This document shows, piece by piece, positions 9,592-18,777 of a stretch of DNA of 64,000 bases. A program made the translations under genes and the position numbers. Under the pieces are notes generated by a model that saw nothing but the letters and a program-made list of their open reading frames with translations, was not told where the DNA came from and made no database searches. Source of the DNA: an uncultured Gemmatimonadales bacterium (GTDB lineage Bacteria > Gemmatimonadota > Gemmatimonadetes > Gemmatimonadales > GWC2-71-9). Numbering within the stretch: the first letter of the stretch is position 1; the number at the start of each line of letters is the position of its first letter. Location: the NCBI GenBank assembly GCA_963771275.1, contig CAVYSW010000010.1, positions 780,201-844,200 of the forward strand. Direction: 5' to 3'.

Positions 9592-11944
9592 GCTCCCTCC
9601 TCAGGGCCCCCAGAATCGCCTCCACCGCACCGTCCACCTCCGCGTCCCGCAGGGTACGCTGCGGATCGCGGAACACCAGCCGCCACGCGACGCTCCGCCG
9701 ATCCGCCCCGGTCCCGCGGTACTCGTCGAAGGGCCGAACCGACTCGAGCAGCGATCCGCCCGCGCGCCGGATGACGGCCACCACCGGCTCGGCCAGGATC
9801 CCGGCCGGCAGGAGCAGGGCGACATCGCGCTCGGCCGCGGGCGTGGTCGGAAGCGGCGCATAGCGTGCCACCGTCGCCGCTTCGGCCACGAGATCGAGCT
9901 CGAGCCCCCATGCCGCGCCCGCCCAGAGGGGACGATCGGCTGCGAGCGGCCCCGCCCGGCCCCGCTCCGTCCCCGTCGCGTCCCGCAGCACCCAGCCCGA
10001 CGCCCCGTCCGGCTCCACCACCCCACCCTCGGGCCCCGTGACCCGGGCAAGCTCCTCAAACATACCCTTCAGATCCCACAGGTCGAGATCCGCCGCCTTG
10101 CCGGCCTGGGACCAGTGGTCCGGCTCCCGGGCCCCCGTGAGCACCACCGCCACCCGCAGGGTCTCCTCCGGCAGCCCACCACCGCCATCGGGGCTCGGAC
10201 CCGTCGCGCGGAACACCCGCCCGATCTCGAACAGCCGCACGTCCCGTTCCCGCACCGACCAGTTGTGCTCGACCGACCGGGCCAGGCCGGGCAGGAGGTC
10301 CGTCCGCAGAAACCCCTCTTCCGAGGAGAGCGGGTTGAGGATCGCCTGCGCGTGCGGTGCGGACCGTGGCCCCATCGGCACGGTGCGCGCCTCGTGCACC
10401 CCCCAGCCCGTGAGGAGACGCCGCAGTCGCGCCGCGGCCGCTTCCATCGGCGCGTCGGGCACGGCCGTTGGCCGGTACGGCTGCAGCTCCACGGGGAACG
10501 TGTCGTAGCCCCGGAGCCGCGCTACCTCCTCGATCAGGTCGACCTCGCGGAGCACGTCCGGGCGCCACCCCGGGACCTGCACCGCCAGGCGGTCCCCCTT
10601 GGGCGCCACCGTGAACCCGACACTCGTGAGCAGGCGCTCGATCTCGGGTTGCGGGATCTCGACCCCCAGCAGATGGGCCGCCCGGGCCGGCCGCAGGAAC
10701 ACCGTGCGGGGTTGCTGCGGCTCCGGCCAGAGATCCAGGGACGCTTCGGCCTCCTCCCCGCCGGCCACGCCGATGATCAGCTCGACGGCGCGCCGCACCG
10801 ACTGCGCCAGTCCCAGCAGGTCGGTGCCGCGCTCGAAGCGGTAGGACGCATCGGTGCTCAGCTTGAGCGTGGTCCGGGCGCGCCGCACGCGGGCCGGATC
10901 GAAGTAGGCGCACTCGAGCAGGATGTCGGACGTGTCGGCCGACACCTCCGAGCTCTCGCCGCCCATCACTCCGGCGACCGCCACCGGCCCCTCACCGTCG
11001 CAGATCATCGTCATGTCGGGTGTGAGCGCACGGCGCTCGCCGTCGAGGGTCACCAGCGTCTCGCCGGGCCGCGCGCGCCGGACCACCACCCGGTTGCCGC
11101 GCAGGCTCCGGAGATCGAACGCGTGGAGCGGCTGGTTGATCTCGTGCAGCACGTAGTTCGTGGCGTCCACGACGTTGTTGATCGGGCGCGCGCCGATCAC
11201 GAGCAGCCGCGCCCGCAGCCACTCGGGCGACGGGCCGACGCGGACCCCGCGAATCACGGCCGCGATGTAGCGGGGGCACCCCGCCGCATCCTCGATCGCC
11301 ACGTCCACTCCACCCACCGTGCCGCGCGTGGTCGCGCGGCGCGGGGCCAGGGGCGCGGGCGCGCCCGGCACCACGGGCAGACGCACGCTCAGCCCGTGCA
11401 GCGCCGCGAGCTCGCGCGCGATGCCCCGCTGCGACAGCAGGTCGGGACGGTTGGGCGTCACGTCCACCAGCAGCCGCGTATCGGCCACCGGCACCGCCTC
11501 CAGGAACGGGGTGCCCGGCGCGGCCGCGGTGTTGAGCGCCAGGATGCCCTGATGCTCCGCCCCCAGTCCCAGCTCGCGCGCCGAGCAGAGCATGCCGTTC
11601 GAGAACACGCCCCGGATCTTGCGCCGCTCGAGCTTGAGACCGCCGGGCAGCGCCGCACCCACCGGCGCGAACGGGTACTTCACCCCGGCCTGGACGTTGG
11701 GCGCCCCACAGACGACCTCGAACGGCTTCTCGCCGCCCGCGTCCACCAGGCACACCGAGAGCCGGTCGGCGTCGGGATGCCGGTCGACGTGCCGCACCAG
11801 CCCGATCAGCACGTCTCCCAGCTCCTGGTGGACCGGCTCGATGGCATCCACCGCCGCCCCGAGCAGCGTCAGCCGGCGCGCGGTTTCCTCCGGCTCGAGC
11901 TGCCGGCCCAGGAGATCGCCCACCCAGCTCAGCGAGGCGTACAC
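9566..11944 (-). CDS. pheT: Phenylalanine-tRNA ligase beta subunit
   Basis: HPDADRLSVC, CGAPNV, TPNRPDLLS, NNVVDATNYV, SYRFERG, FDX-ACB C-terminus. Confidence 0.97.
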   Translation of the reverse strand: MYASLSWVGDLLGRQLEPEETARRLTLLGAAVDAIEPVHQELGDVLIGLVRHVDRHPDADRLSVCLVDAGGEKPFEVVCGAPNVQAGVKYPFAPVGAALPGGLKLERRKIRGVFSNGMLCSARELGLGAEHQGILALNTAAAPGTPFLEAVPVADTRLLVDVTPNRPDLLSQRGIARELAALHGLSVRLPVVPGAPAPLAPRRATTRGTVGGVDVAIEDAAGCPRYIAAVIRGVRVGPSPEWLRARLLVIGARPINNVVDATNYVLHEINQPLHAFDLRSLRGNRVVVRRARPGETLVTLDGERRALTPDMTMICDGEGPVAVAGVMGGESSEVSADTSDILLECAYFDPARVRRARTTLKLSTDASYRFERGTDLLGLAQSVRRAVELIIGVAGGEEAEASLDLWPEPQQPRTVFLRPARAAHLLGVEIPQPEIERLLTSVGFTVAPKGDRLAVQVPGWRPDVLREVDLIEEVARLRGYDTFPVELQPYRPTAVPDAPMEAAAARLRRLLTGWGVHEARTVPMGPRSAPHAQAILNPLSSEEGFLRTDLLPGLARSVEHNWSVRERDVRLFEIGRVFRATGPSPDGGGGLPEETLRVAVVLTGAREPDHWSQAGKAADLDLWDLKGMFEELARVTGPEGGVVEPDGASGWVLRDATGTERGRAGPLAADRPLWAGAAWGLELDLVAEAATVARYAPLPTTPAAERDVALLLPAGILAEPVVAVIRRAGGSLLESVRPFDEYRGTGADRRSVAWRLVFRDPQRTLRDAEVDGAVEAILGALRRELGVERRQA

Positions 11945-11948
11945 CGGC

Positions 11949-12971
11949 TCACTCCACGAACTGCGCCAGGAAGCGCATGTCGTTCTGGTAGAGCATCCGG
12001 ATGTCCGGAATGCCGTAGCGCACGAGCGCCATCCGGGCCGGCCCCATGCCGAAGGCGTATCCCGTGTAGCGCTCGGCGTCGACGCCGCAGGTCTCGAACA
12101 CGGCCGGGTGCACCATCCCCGCACCCATGATCTCCATCCACCCGGTCTGCTTGCACGTGGGACACCCACCGCCACCGCAGATCTGGCAGCGGACGTCGAC
12201 CTCGGCGGAGGGCTCGGTGAACGGGAAGAAGGACGCGCGAAACCGCATGGGCGTGTCCTTCGCGAAGAACCGGCGCACGAAGTAGTCGATCGCCGCCTTG
12301 AAATCCACGAAGCTCACGCCTTCGTCGACCACCAGCCCTTCGATCTGGTCGAACACGGGGGCGTGCGACGGGTCGAACGGATCGCGGCGATACGCGAGGC
12401 CCGGCACGACTACCCGGATCGGCGGCGGGTACCGTTCCATCACGCGGGCCTGCACCGGCGACGTGTGGGTGCGCAGCACCACGCCCGGTCCGAGGTAGAA
12501 CGTGTCGTGCATGTCGGCCGCCGGGTGGTCCAGCGGGATGTTCAGCTTGGTGAAGTTGTAGGCTTCGGTCTCCGCCTCCGGGCCCACCACGCGCGCGAAC
12601 CCCAGCTCGCGGAAGATGGCGCAGACCTCGTCGACGACCTGAGTGATGGGGTGGAGCGCGCCGCGCCAGCGGCCGCGTCCCGGCATCGTGCGGTCCACGG
12701 TCACCGCCCGCACGGCGGCCGCGAGCGCCGCCTGACGCGCGGCAATCGCCTCCTCGAGCAGACGCTTGACCTGGTTGGCCTGCTGACCCGCCCCGCGGCG
12801 CTCCTCGGGCGGGAGCTCGGGGAGGGATCGCAGGATGGTCGTGAGCGCCCCGGCCTTGCGGCCGAGCAGCTCGGTCTTCAGCTCCTCGAGCTGGCGCGCG
12901 TCCGCGCCCGCGATCTCGTCGACCCGCGCCGCGATCGCCGCCAGCTGCTCAGCGAGCGAACCGTGCGCCAT
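11949..12971 (-). CDS. pheS: Phenylalanine-tRNA ligase alpha subunit
   Basis: HPAADMHDTFY, LRTHTSPVQ, FFPFTEPS, AFGMG. Confidence 0.97.
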   Translation of the reverse strand: MAHGSLAEQLAAIAARVDEIAGADARQLEELKTELLGRKAGALTTILRSLPELPPEERRGAGQQANQVKRLLEEAIAARQAALAAAVRAVTVDRTMPGRGRWRGALHPITQVVDEVCAIFRELGFARVVGPEAETEAYNFTKLNIPLDHPAADMHDTFYLGPGVVLRTHTSPVQARVMERYPPPIRVVVPGLAYRRDPFDPSHAPVFDQIEGLVVDEGVSFVDFKAAIDYFVRRFFAKDTPMRFRASFFPFTEPSAEVDVRCQICGGGGCPTCKQTGWMEIMGAGMVHPAVFETCGVDAERYTGYAFGMGPARMALVRYGIPDIRMLYQNDMRFLAQFVE

Positions 12972-13002
12972 GAATGCGGCCCGTGGGCCGGGGCTCCCCG
13001 GC

Positions 13003-13356
13003 CTACTTGCCCTTCTTGGCGACGGCGGCCAGTTCCCCGAACGCGGCCGGGTCGCTCACGGCGAGCTCGGCCAGGATCTTCCGGTTGATCACCACGCCGG
13101 CGTCCTTGAGTCCGGCCATGAACCGGCTGTAGGACAGGTCGTGCTCGCGAGCCGCGGCGTTGATCCGCACGATCCACAGGCTGCGGAACTCCCGCTTCTT
13201 GGTCCGGCGGTCCCGGTACGCGTACCGCATGGCCCGCTCGACCGTTTCCTTGGCCGTCTTGTACAGCTTGCTGCGAGCCCCACGCGCCCCCTTGGCGGCG
13301 CGCAGGATCTTGTTGCGGCGCTTGAGACGCGCCACCGTCGTCTTGACTCGTGCCAT
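13003..13356 (-). CDS. rplT: 50S ribosomal protein L20
   Basis: MARVK...[25 protein letters not shown]. Confidence 0.98.
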   Translation of the reverse strand: MARVKTTVARLKRRNKILRAAKGARGARSKLYKTAKETVERAMRYAYRDRRTKKREFRSLWIVRINAAAREHDLSYSRFMAGLKDAGVVINRKILAELAVSDPAAFGELAAVAKKGK

Positions 13357-13366
13357 GGTGCCTCCG

Positions 13367-13561
13367 CTACGCCTGGAGCAGGCGCCGGATGCGCCCCTCG
13401 TCCGCCTTCGACAACGTGGTTCCATGCCGCAGGCGGCGCTTCCGCTTCGCATCCTTCTTCGTCAGGATGTGACTCTTGAAGGCGCGAAACCGGCGGACCT
13501 TGCCCGTGCCGGTCAGCTTGAAGCGCTTTACCGCAGCGCGCTTGGTCTTCTTCTTTGGCAT
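13367..13561 (-). CDS. rpmI: 50S ribosomal protein L35
   Basis: [22 protein letters not shown]...HILTKK. Confidence 0.98.
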   Translation of the reverse strand: MPKKKTKRAAVKRFKLTGTGKVRRFRAFKSHILTKKDAKRKRRLRHGTTLSKADEGRIRRLLQA

Positions 13562-13571
13562 TGCCTCAGTC

Positions 13572-14093
13572 TCACTTTGGTGCCAGCACCATCGTCATGT
13601 TCCGGCCTTCGAGCTTCGGCTCGGATTCCACCTTCGCGACTTCCTTGACCTCCTCGAAGACGCGGAACAACACCTGACGCCCGAGCTCGGGATGCGTGAC
13701 CTGCCGCCCGCGGAACATCATGGTGAGCTTCACCTTGTTGCCCTCTTCCAGGAACTGCCGCGCGTGGCGGGTCTTGAAGTCGAAATCGTGATCGTCAATC
13801 CCCGGCCGATACTTCACTTCCTTGATCTGAATGATGTGCTGCTTCTTCTTGGCCGCCCGAGCCGCCTTGGCCTGCTCGAACTTGAACTTGCCGTAGTCCA
13901 TGATCTTCACGACGGGCGGCCGCGCCGTCGGTGCGACCTCGACCAGGTCGAGCGCCCGTTCGTTCGCGAGGCGGAACGCCTCATCGAGCGGCACGATGCC
14001 GACCTGCGAACCGTCCGCGTCAACCAGCCGGACGGGACTGATGCGGATCATGCGATTGACCCGAATCCGCTGTTCCTGACTCTCGCTCGGTAT
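13572..14093 (-). CDS. infC: Translation initiation factor IF-3 (non-AUG start: ATA at 14093 or CTG at 14099)
   Basis: [47 protein letters not shown] at about 14105-14112 precedes in-frame CTG/ATA with no ATG. Confidence 0.95.
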   Translation of the reverse strand: MPSESQEQRIRVNRMIRISPVRLVDADGSQVGIVPLDEAFRLANERALDLVEVAPTARPPVVKIMDYGKFKFEQAKAARAAKKKQHIIQIKEVKYRPGIDDHDFDFKTRHARQFLEEGNKVKLTMMFRGRQVTHPELGRQVLFRVFEEVKEVAKVESEPKLEGRNMTMVLAPK

Positions 14094-14128
14094 CGCCAGT
14101 TCGTCCTCCTCCCAGTGGGGTGGGCTAC

Positions 14129-14163
14129 AAAAAAACGGACTCCACCACCCTCATGGAATCCGC
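14129..14163 (-). terminator. Intrinsic terminator upstream of infC
   Basis: Minus strand GCGGATTCCAT-GAGGGTG-GTGGAGTCCG followed by TTTTTTT. Confidence 0.8.
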
Positions 14164-14270
14164 ACGCCCGCGATCAACTCCGGTCCGCGGGGCTACTCAC
14201 GGAACCCTGAACGCGCACCGGCTAGCGGTGGCAGGAGGGTGAAGCGCTAACGCGCTTGCTTGCTTCAATT
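14129..14270 (-). promoter_or_regulatory. Putative L20-leader-type attenuator 5' UTR of infC-rpmI-rplT
   Basis: Leader starts AATTGAAGCAAGCAAGCG..CGCTTCACCCTC and ends in a terminator; CACCCTC is complementary to GAGGGTG in the terminator loop/3' arm. Confidence 0.6.
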
Positions 14271-14276
14271 TGCGTC

Positions 14277-14305
14277 AAGCTACCCCGGCTCCGCCGGAGT
14301 GTCAA
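14277..14305 (-). promoter_or_regulatory. Sigma70-type promoter for the infC operon
   Basis: Minus strand TTGACA-17 nt-TAGCTT immediately upstream of the leader. Confidence 0.75.
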
Positions 14306-15203
14306 GCGGCACGAACTCGTATCCCCGCGTCCCGAGCTCGACGCGCCCGATCCCCGGTCCGGGCTCGTGCTCGAAGATCAGCACCCACCGGTCGCGCTCG
14401 GCGCGGGCGAGGAACCGCCGCTTGGTCTCGAGGGTGACCAGGGGGTGCAGGTCGTACCCCATGATCCAGGGCAGCGGCAGATGTGCCACCGTCGGGATCA
14501 GGTCGCCAATGAAGCAGCCGGTCTCCCCGGCGCTCTCGACGACGATGGACTGATGGTGGGGGACGTGCCCTGGCGTCGGGAGGACCCGAATGCCCGGAAG
14601 GACCTCCTGCTCCCCTTCCACCAGGCGCCAGCGGCCCGCCGCCGCTATCGGCTCGAAGTTCGGGGGGAGATAGCTTGCCGCGGTTCGCTCGTTGCGATGC
14701 CGCGCGAAGTCCAGCTCGCCCCGCTGAACGACATACGTGGCATTCGGGAACGCCAACTCGGCGGCCGCCTCTGCCGCTCCTGCCGCTCCCGCGCTGGCGC
14801 CACGTTCTCCACGAATCAACGTGTTCCCGCCCGCGTGGTCGAAGTGGAGATGTGTATTGATAATGTACTTTATATCAGCTGGCGTAACTCCAATACTGGC
14901 AATAGCATCATCGAGCAGAGTCGCTCCACCTGCTCCCCGGTTCTCCACAGCATAGATGCCGAGGAACTTGTCATTCTCCTTGTTGCCAACACCGGTGTCC
15001 ACAAGCACCAGGCCCGCCTCATGCTCGACGAGCAGGCAGCGCAGGGCCAACGGAATCCGGTTGCGGTCATCCGGCGGGGCCCGCCGCTCCCAGAGCGGTT
15101 TCGGGACGACCCCGAACATGGCTCCACCGTCGAGCCGTTGGCTCCCCGCATCGAGGGCGTGGCACGTGAGCGCGCCGATCCGGAACGTCTGAACCCGGCT
15201 CAT
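14280..15203 (-). CDS. MBL-fold metallo-hydrolase (YtnP-like)
   Basis: LDGGAMFGVVPKPLW, THLHFDHAGG, TPGHVPHH, GDLIP, MGYD. Confidence 0.9.
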   Translation of the reverse strand: MSRVQTFRIGALTCHALDAGSQRLDGGAMFGVVPKPLWERRAPPDDRNRIPLALRCLLVEHEAGLVLVDTGVGNKENDKFLGIYAVENRGAGGATLLDDAIASIGVTPADIKYIINTHLHFDHAGGNTLIRGERGASAGAAGAAEAAAELAFPNATYVVQRGELDFARHRNERTAASYLPPNFEPIAAAGRWRLVEGEQEVLPGIRVLPTPGHVPHHQSIVVESAGETGCFIGDLIPTVAHLPLPWIMGYDLHPLVTLETKRRFLARAERDRWVLIFEHEPGPGIGRVELGTRGYEFVPLDTPAEPG

Positions 15204-16051
15204 ATCTCCTGCACCCAGCCCGGGCCCGCCGTCTTCCGCGGCTTCACGGCGGCACTGACCTGGGTCAGCTCATCGATCGTGGTGGCTCCCAGCTCCCCTG
15301 CCCGGTCGAGCAGTTTCACCAGGATCCTGGCGGTGGCCAGGGCGTCTCCCCCGGCGCGGTGCCGGTTTTCGATCTCGATGCCGAAGTACCGGCTCACGGA
15401 GTCCAGTCCCCGGTTCTTGAGCCCGGGGATCAGCCTGCGGGCCAGCTTGACCGTGCAGACGCGTGGGCCGTCCAGCCTCAGGTCGCGGGCCCGGCGCACC
15501 TCAGCATCCAGGAACCGCCAATCGAATTGCGCGTTGTGGGCGACGAACACCCGCCCCGCCAACGCCGTCAGCACGTCGTCCACGATCTCCCGGAACGTCG
15601 GCTGGCCCCGCACCATGGTATCGGTGATGCGCGTGAGGCGGGTGACGATTGGCGGGATCGGCCGCTCGGGATCGACGAGGCGATCGACGACGATCTCCAC
15701 CCGCCCCCTCGGTCCGGCCAGCACGACCGCCACTTCCGTGATCCGGTCCTCCCCGCCGGCGCGCGACCCGGTGGTCTCGACGTCCACCACCGCGAAGACC
15801 AGGTCCTCGAGCAGGGTGGCCGGACGCGGCTCCGTGGCCAGGCGCCAGCGGCCGAGGTGGTCGCGCCGCACCCTGGGGTCGGCTCCCAGCAGGGCCGTGG
15901 CAAGCCGCTCGGCCACCAGCGTCGGTGCTCGCCCCAATCCGAGCACGTCTCGCGCGATCGCCAGGCTCTCCGCGGGTCCCGCCTGGAGGTGCAGCAGCGC
16001 CCGATCGAGCAGGGTGCCGATCGGCCGGGCGGCGAGCCCGGGCTGCGTCAC
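15200..16051 (-). CDS. DEDDh 3'-5' exonuclease (DnaQ/PolC epsilon-like)
   Basis: VVDVETTG, VAHNAQFD, HRAGGDA motifs. Confidence 0.9.
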   Translation of the reverse strand: MTQPGLAARPIGTLLDRALLHLQAGPAESLAIARDVLGLGRAPTLVAERLATALLGADPRVRRDHLGRWRLATEPRPATLLEDLVFAVVDVETTGSRAGGEDRITEVAVVLAGPRGRVEIVVDRLVDPERPIPPIVTRLTRITDTMVRGQPTFREIVDDVLTALAGRVFVAHNAQFDWRFLDAEVRRARDLRLDGPRVCTVKLARRLIPGLKNRGLDSVSRYFGIEIENRHRAGGDALATARILVKLLDRAGELGATTIDELTQVSAAVKPRKTAGPGWVQEI

Positions 16052-17280
16052 AGCGGGTCCCTCCGGAGCGGCAGCGTCATGCAGCGCGGGCCGCCGCCGC
16101 CGCGCACCAGCTCGGTGCCCTCGATCGTGATGATGGCGCGCTCGCCCTCCGCGATCTGCCGCTGTCCGGTGAGGAACTCCAGGGCCGGCACGATCGCGAA
16201 TCCCGCCTTGGCGCACTCGGCGAGCGTCTCCTCGTTGCGGCTGAACGCCAGGGCGACCCCCGGCCGCAGACACGCGAGATTGCAGCCGGACGCCCACTGC
16301 TCGCGTTCCTGCATGGTCCGGTCGGTCCCCCCGCACATTACCGGCTCCAGCACGAGGTCGACCGCCCGAAGGGCCGCGAAGAAATTGGGTATCTCGCGCA
16401 GGCCCTGATCACCCTTGCGGCGATGCAGCACGGGCAGCCGTTCCGGGCCGACGAAGTGCGGCGGGTAGACGGTGCACACCTCGCGATCGAGCTGGGTGAA
16501 GATCATGTCGAGGTGAATCGCCGTCCGCTCGCCCGGCATGACGACGACGATCACGTCGGTGATGCCGCCCCGCGCGAACACGAGGTCGCACAGGTGATCG
16601 AGCGCCGCCGGGCTGGAACGGTCGCTGAAGCCGAGCACCAGCGTGTCCGGCCGTACCGGGTGGACGTCCCCGCCCTCGAGGGTGTAGTTGAGCCGGCGCT
16701 CCTCGGAGCCGTCGTACAGGATCCCGGCGTTGGCCATGGCGGGGTGGTAGGCGAACAGCGCCTTGACGATCAGCTCCTCGCTCCACCGCGCCCCGTGCCG
16801 CATCGAGCCGATCACCACGTGCTCGCCGATCACGATGCCCACGTCCCGCGTGAAGAACAGGTTGGGCACCGGCGGCAGCGCGTAGCCGACCTCGTTCAGC
16901 GCCCGGCCGATCGGCCCGCCCTCCTCGATCGCCCCTTCGATGAGCGTCGTCACCAGCTGCGCCGTCGGCAGGTCGGAGAGCTGGCGGGCCAGCGCGTCCG
17001 ACGGCACGACTTCGAGCGTCCGGCCGATCAGGAAGTCGAGGGCCGCGCGCTGCTCCAGCACCTCCGCGAGGAGCTGGCGTACCTCGTACACCTCGGCGAA
17101 GCGCTGCAGCACCGCCACCATGCGCTGGTGCTCGCGCCGGGCGATATCGACGTCGATGATGTCGTCGTAGAGATAGTCCTCGCGCGTCCCCGGGGTGACC
17201 GCGAGCAGCTCGTTGCCGGGCGTATGAACCAAGACGGCCCGCAATGGGCCGATCTCGGAGGTGACGTTGACGCGGGGCAT
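16048..17280 (-). CDS. arcA: Arginine deiminase
   Basis: SEIGPLRAVLVHTPG, PNLFFTRD, LEGGDV, IHLDMIF, ELVRGGGGPRCMTLPLRR. Confidence 0.92.
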   Translation of the reverse strand: MPRVNVTSEIGPLRAVLVHTPGNELLAVTPGTREDYLYDDIIDVDIARREHQRMVAVLQRFAEVYEVRQLLAEVLEQRAALDFLIGRTLEVVPSDALARQLSDLPTAQLVTTLIEGAIEEGGPIGRALNEVGYALPPVPNLFFTRDVGIVIGEHVVIGSMRHGARWSEELIVKALFAYHPAMANAGILYDGSEERRLNYTLEGGDVHPVRPDTLVLGFSDRSSPAALDHLCDLVFARGGITDVIVVVMPGERTAIHLDMIFTQLDREVCTVYPPHFVGPERLPVLHRRKGDQGLREIPNFFAALRAVDLVLEPVMCGGTDRTMQEREQWASGCNLACLRPGVALAFSRNEETLAECAKAGFAIVPALEFLTGQRQIAEGERAIITIEGTELVRGGGGPRCMTLPLRRDPL

Positions 17281-17290
17281 GTGCCCCAAT

Positions 17291-17911
17291 CTAGCGATGT
17301 CTCAGCGCGTAGCTCAACGTCTCGAGCTCGAGGGCCATGTTCACGTGCTTCACGGTCACGTCCGCCGGAACGGTGAGCGGCACGGGCGCGAAGTTGAGGA
17401 TCGCCTTGACGCCGACCGCGACCAGTCGGTCGGTGACCGCCTGGGCGCCTTCGGCCGGCACGGCGACGATCGCGATGTCGGCCGGCCGCGCGGCCAGGTC
17501 GTCGTCCAGTCGCGCGACATCGCGGATCGCGACCCCCGCCCACCCACGGCCGATCTTGGCCGGGTCCTTGTCGTACGCGGCGAAAATGTGGAACCCGCGG
17601 CTCGCGAACTCCCGGAACTGGGCGAGCGCGCTCCCCACCTTGCCCGCCCCGACGACCACCACGGCGTATTCGTGCTCGAGGCCAAGGATGTCGCGCAGCC
17701 TGGACACCAGCTCGGGCACGCGGTAACCCATGCCCCGCTTGCCGAACGAGCCGAAGAACGACAGGTCCTTCCGCACCTGGGCGGCGGTGGTGCTCCCCCG
17801 CTGCGCCAGCGCCTGGGAGCTCACCGTCTCCATGCCCTCCTGCTCGAACTCCTCGAGCAGGCGCAGGTACAGGGAGAGCCGTCGGACGGTCGAGTCGGCG
17901 ATCTTGCGCAT
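17291..17911 (-). CDS. rex: Redox-sensing transcriptional repressor Rex
   Basis: STVRRLSLY, QVRKDLSFFGSFGKRGMGY, GAGKVGSAL, ILNFAP. Confidence 0.97.
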   Translation of the reverse strand: MRKIADSTVRRLSLYLRLLEEFEQEGMETVSSQALAQRGSTTAAQVRKDLSFFGSFGKRGMGYRVPELVSRLRDILGLEHEYAVVVVGAGKVGSALAQFREFASRGFHIFAAYDKDPAKIGRGWAGVAIRDVARLDDDLAARPADIAIVAVPAEGAQAVTDRLVAVGVKAILNFAPVPLTVPADVTVKHVNMALELETLSYALRHR

Positions 17912-17917
17912 CTGATA

Positions 17918-17935
17918 TTGTGAAAGAATTCACAA
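17918..17935. promoter_or_regulatory. Rex operator
   Basis: TTGTGAA-AGAA-TTCACAA, a perfect match to the Rex consensus TTGTGAA-N4-TTCACAA, 6 nt upstream of the rex ATG. Confidence 0.9.
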
Positions 17936-18772
17936 TGTATCAGCGCGCTGGATCGCCGTCAACGAACTGAACAGGGTGACGAGGTCGCCCGGCGCGACGG
18001 TTTCCGGGCGGGCGGCCGGGGGTATTCCAAGTCCTTCGAGCAGGGCGAGCGCGGCATCGCGATCGATCCCGGCCACCGCCCGCAGGCTGCGGACAAGCTG
18101 CTTGCGCCGCTGCGCGAACAGCTGGGTGGTGAACCTGCGGAACGCGGGGCGGCGGGCCGGCGCCACCAGCGGCCGCTCCAGTGGGGTGAGCCGCAGCACG
18201 GCCGACTCCACCTTTGGGGGCGGCAGGAACGACCCGGCCTTCACCGTGAACAGCCGCTCCGCGCGCGCCGCCGTCTGCACCCCGACGGACAGCGCGCCGA
18301 ACGCCTTCGTGCCGGGCTCCGCCACCACGCGGTCGGCCACCTCGCGCTGCACGAGGAACACGATGACGCGGGCGCCTGGCAGGGTCAGGGCTTTGTCGAT
18401 CAGCGGTGACGTGATGTAGTACGGGATGTTGCCGATGACCTTTGGGGGAAGCGGGAACTGGGAAACGGGAAACGCGTCCCGCAGCAGGGCGTGCCAGTCG
18501 GCTTTGAGGGCATCCACGCAGTGCACGACCAGTGGCGCCCGCTTCCCGTTTCCCGTTTCCCCTCTCCCCGCGGCCGCCAGTGCCGTCGCCAGCCGTCGGT
18601 CCTTTTCGATCGCCACCACCGCGCCGACCCGCGGCAGCAACCGCGCGGTGAGGCTTCCCTCCCCCGGCCCGATCTCGATTACCGCATCGTCGCTCGCCGG
18701 GTCGAGTGCCGCGACGATCCGGTCGAGAATCGCGGGATCGCGCAGGAAGTGCTGACCGAGGCGGCGGGACAC
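17930..18772 (-). CDS. rsmA: 16S rRNA m6,2A dimethyltransferase
   Basis: LGQHFL, EIGPGEG, GNIPYYITSP, QREVADR, FLPPPKVES; carries two repeat-derived in-frame inserts. Confidence 0.95.
   Translation of the reverse strand: MSRRLGQHFLRDPAILDRIVAALDPASDDAVIEIGPGEGSLTARLLPRVGAVVAIEKDRRLATALAAAGRGETGNGKRAPLVVHCVDALKADWHALLRDAFPVSQFPLPPKVIGNIPYYITSPLIDKALTLPGARVIVFLVQREVADRVVAEPGTKAFGALSVGVQTAARAERLFTVKAGSFLPPPKVESAVLRLTPLERPLVAPARRPAFRRFTTQLFAQRRKQLVRSLRAVAGIDRDAALALLEGLGIPPAARPETVAPGDLVTLFSSLTAIQRADTL
18444..18569. repeat. Inverted pair of GGGAAAC heptamer arrays inside rsmA
   Basis: GGGGGAAGC GGGAACT GGGAAAC GGGAAAC (18444-18474) and CCC GCTTCCC GTTTCCC GTTTCCC CTCTCCCC (18538-18569). Confidence 0.8.
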
Positions 18773-18777
18773 CCCGG

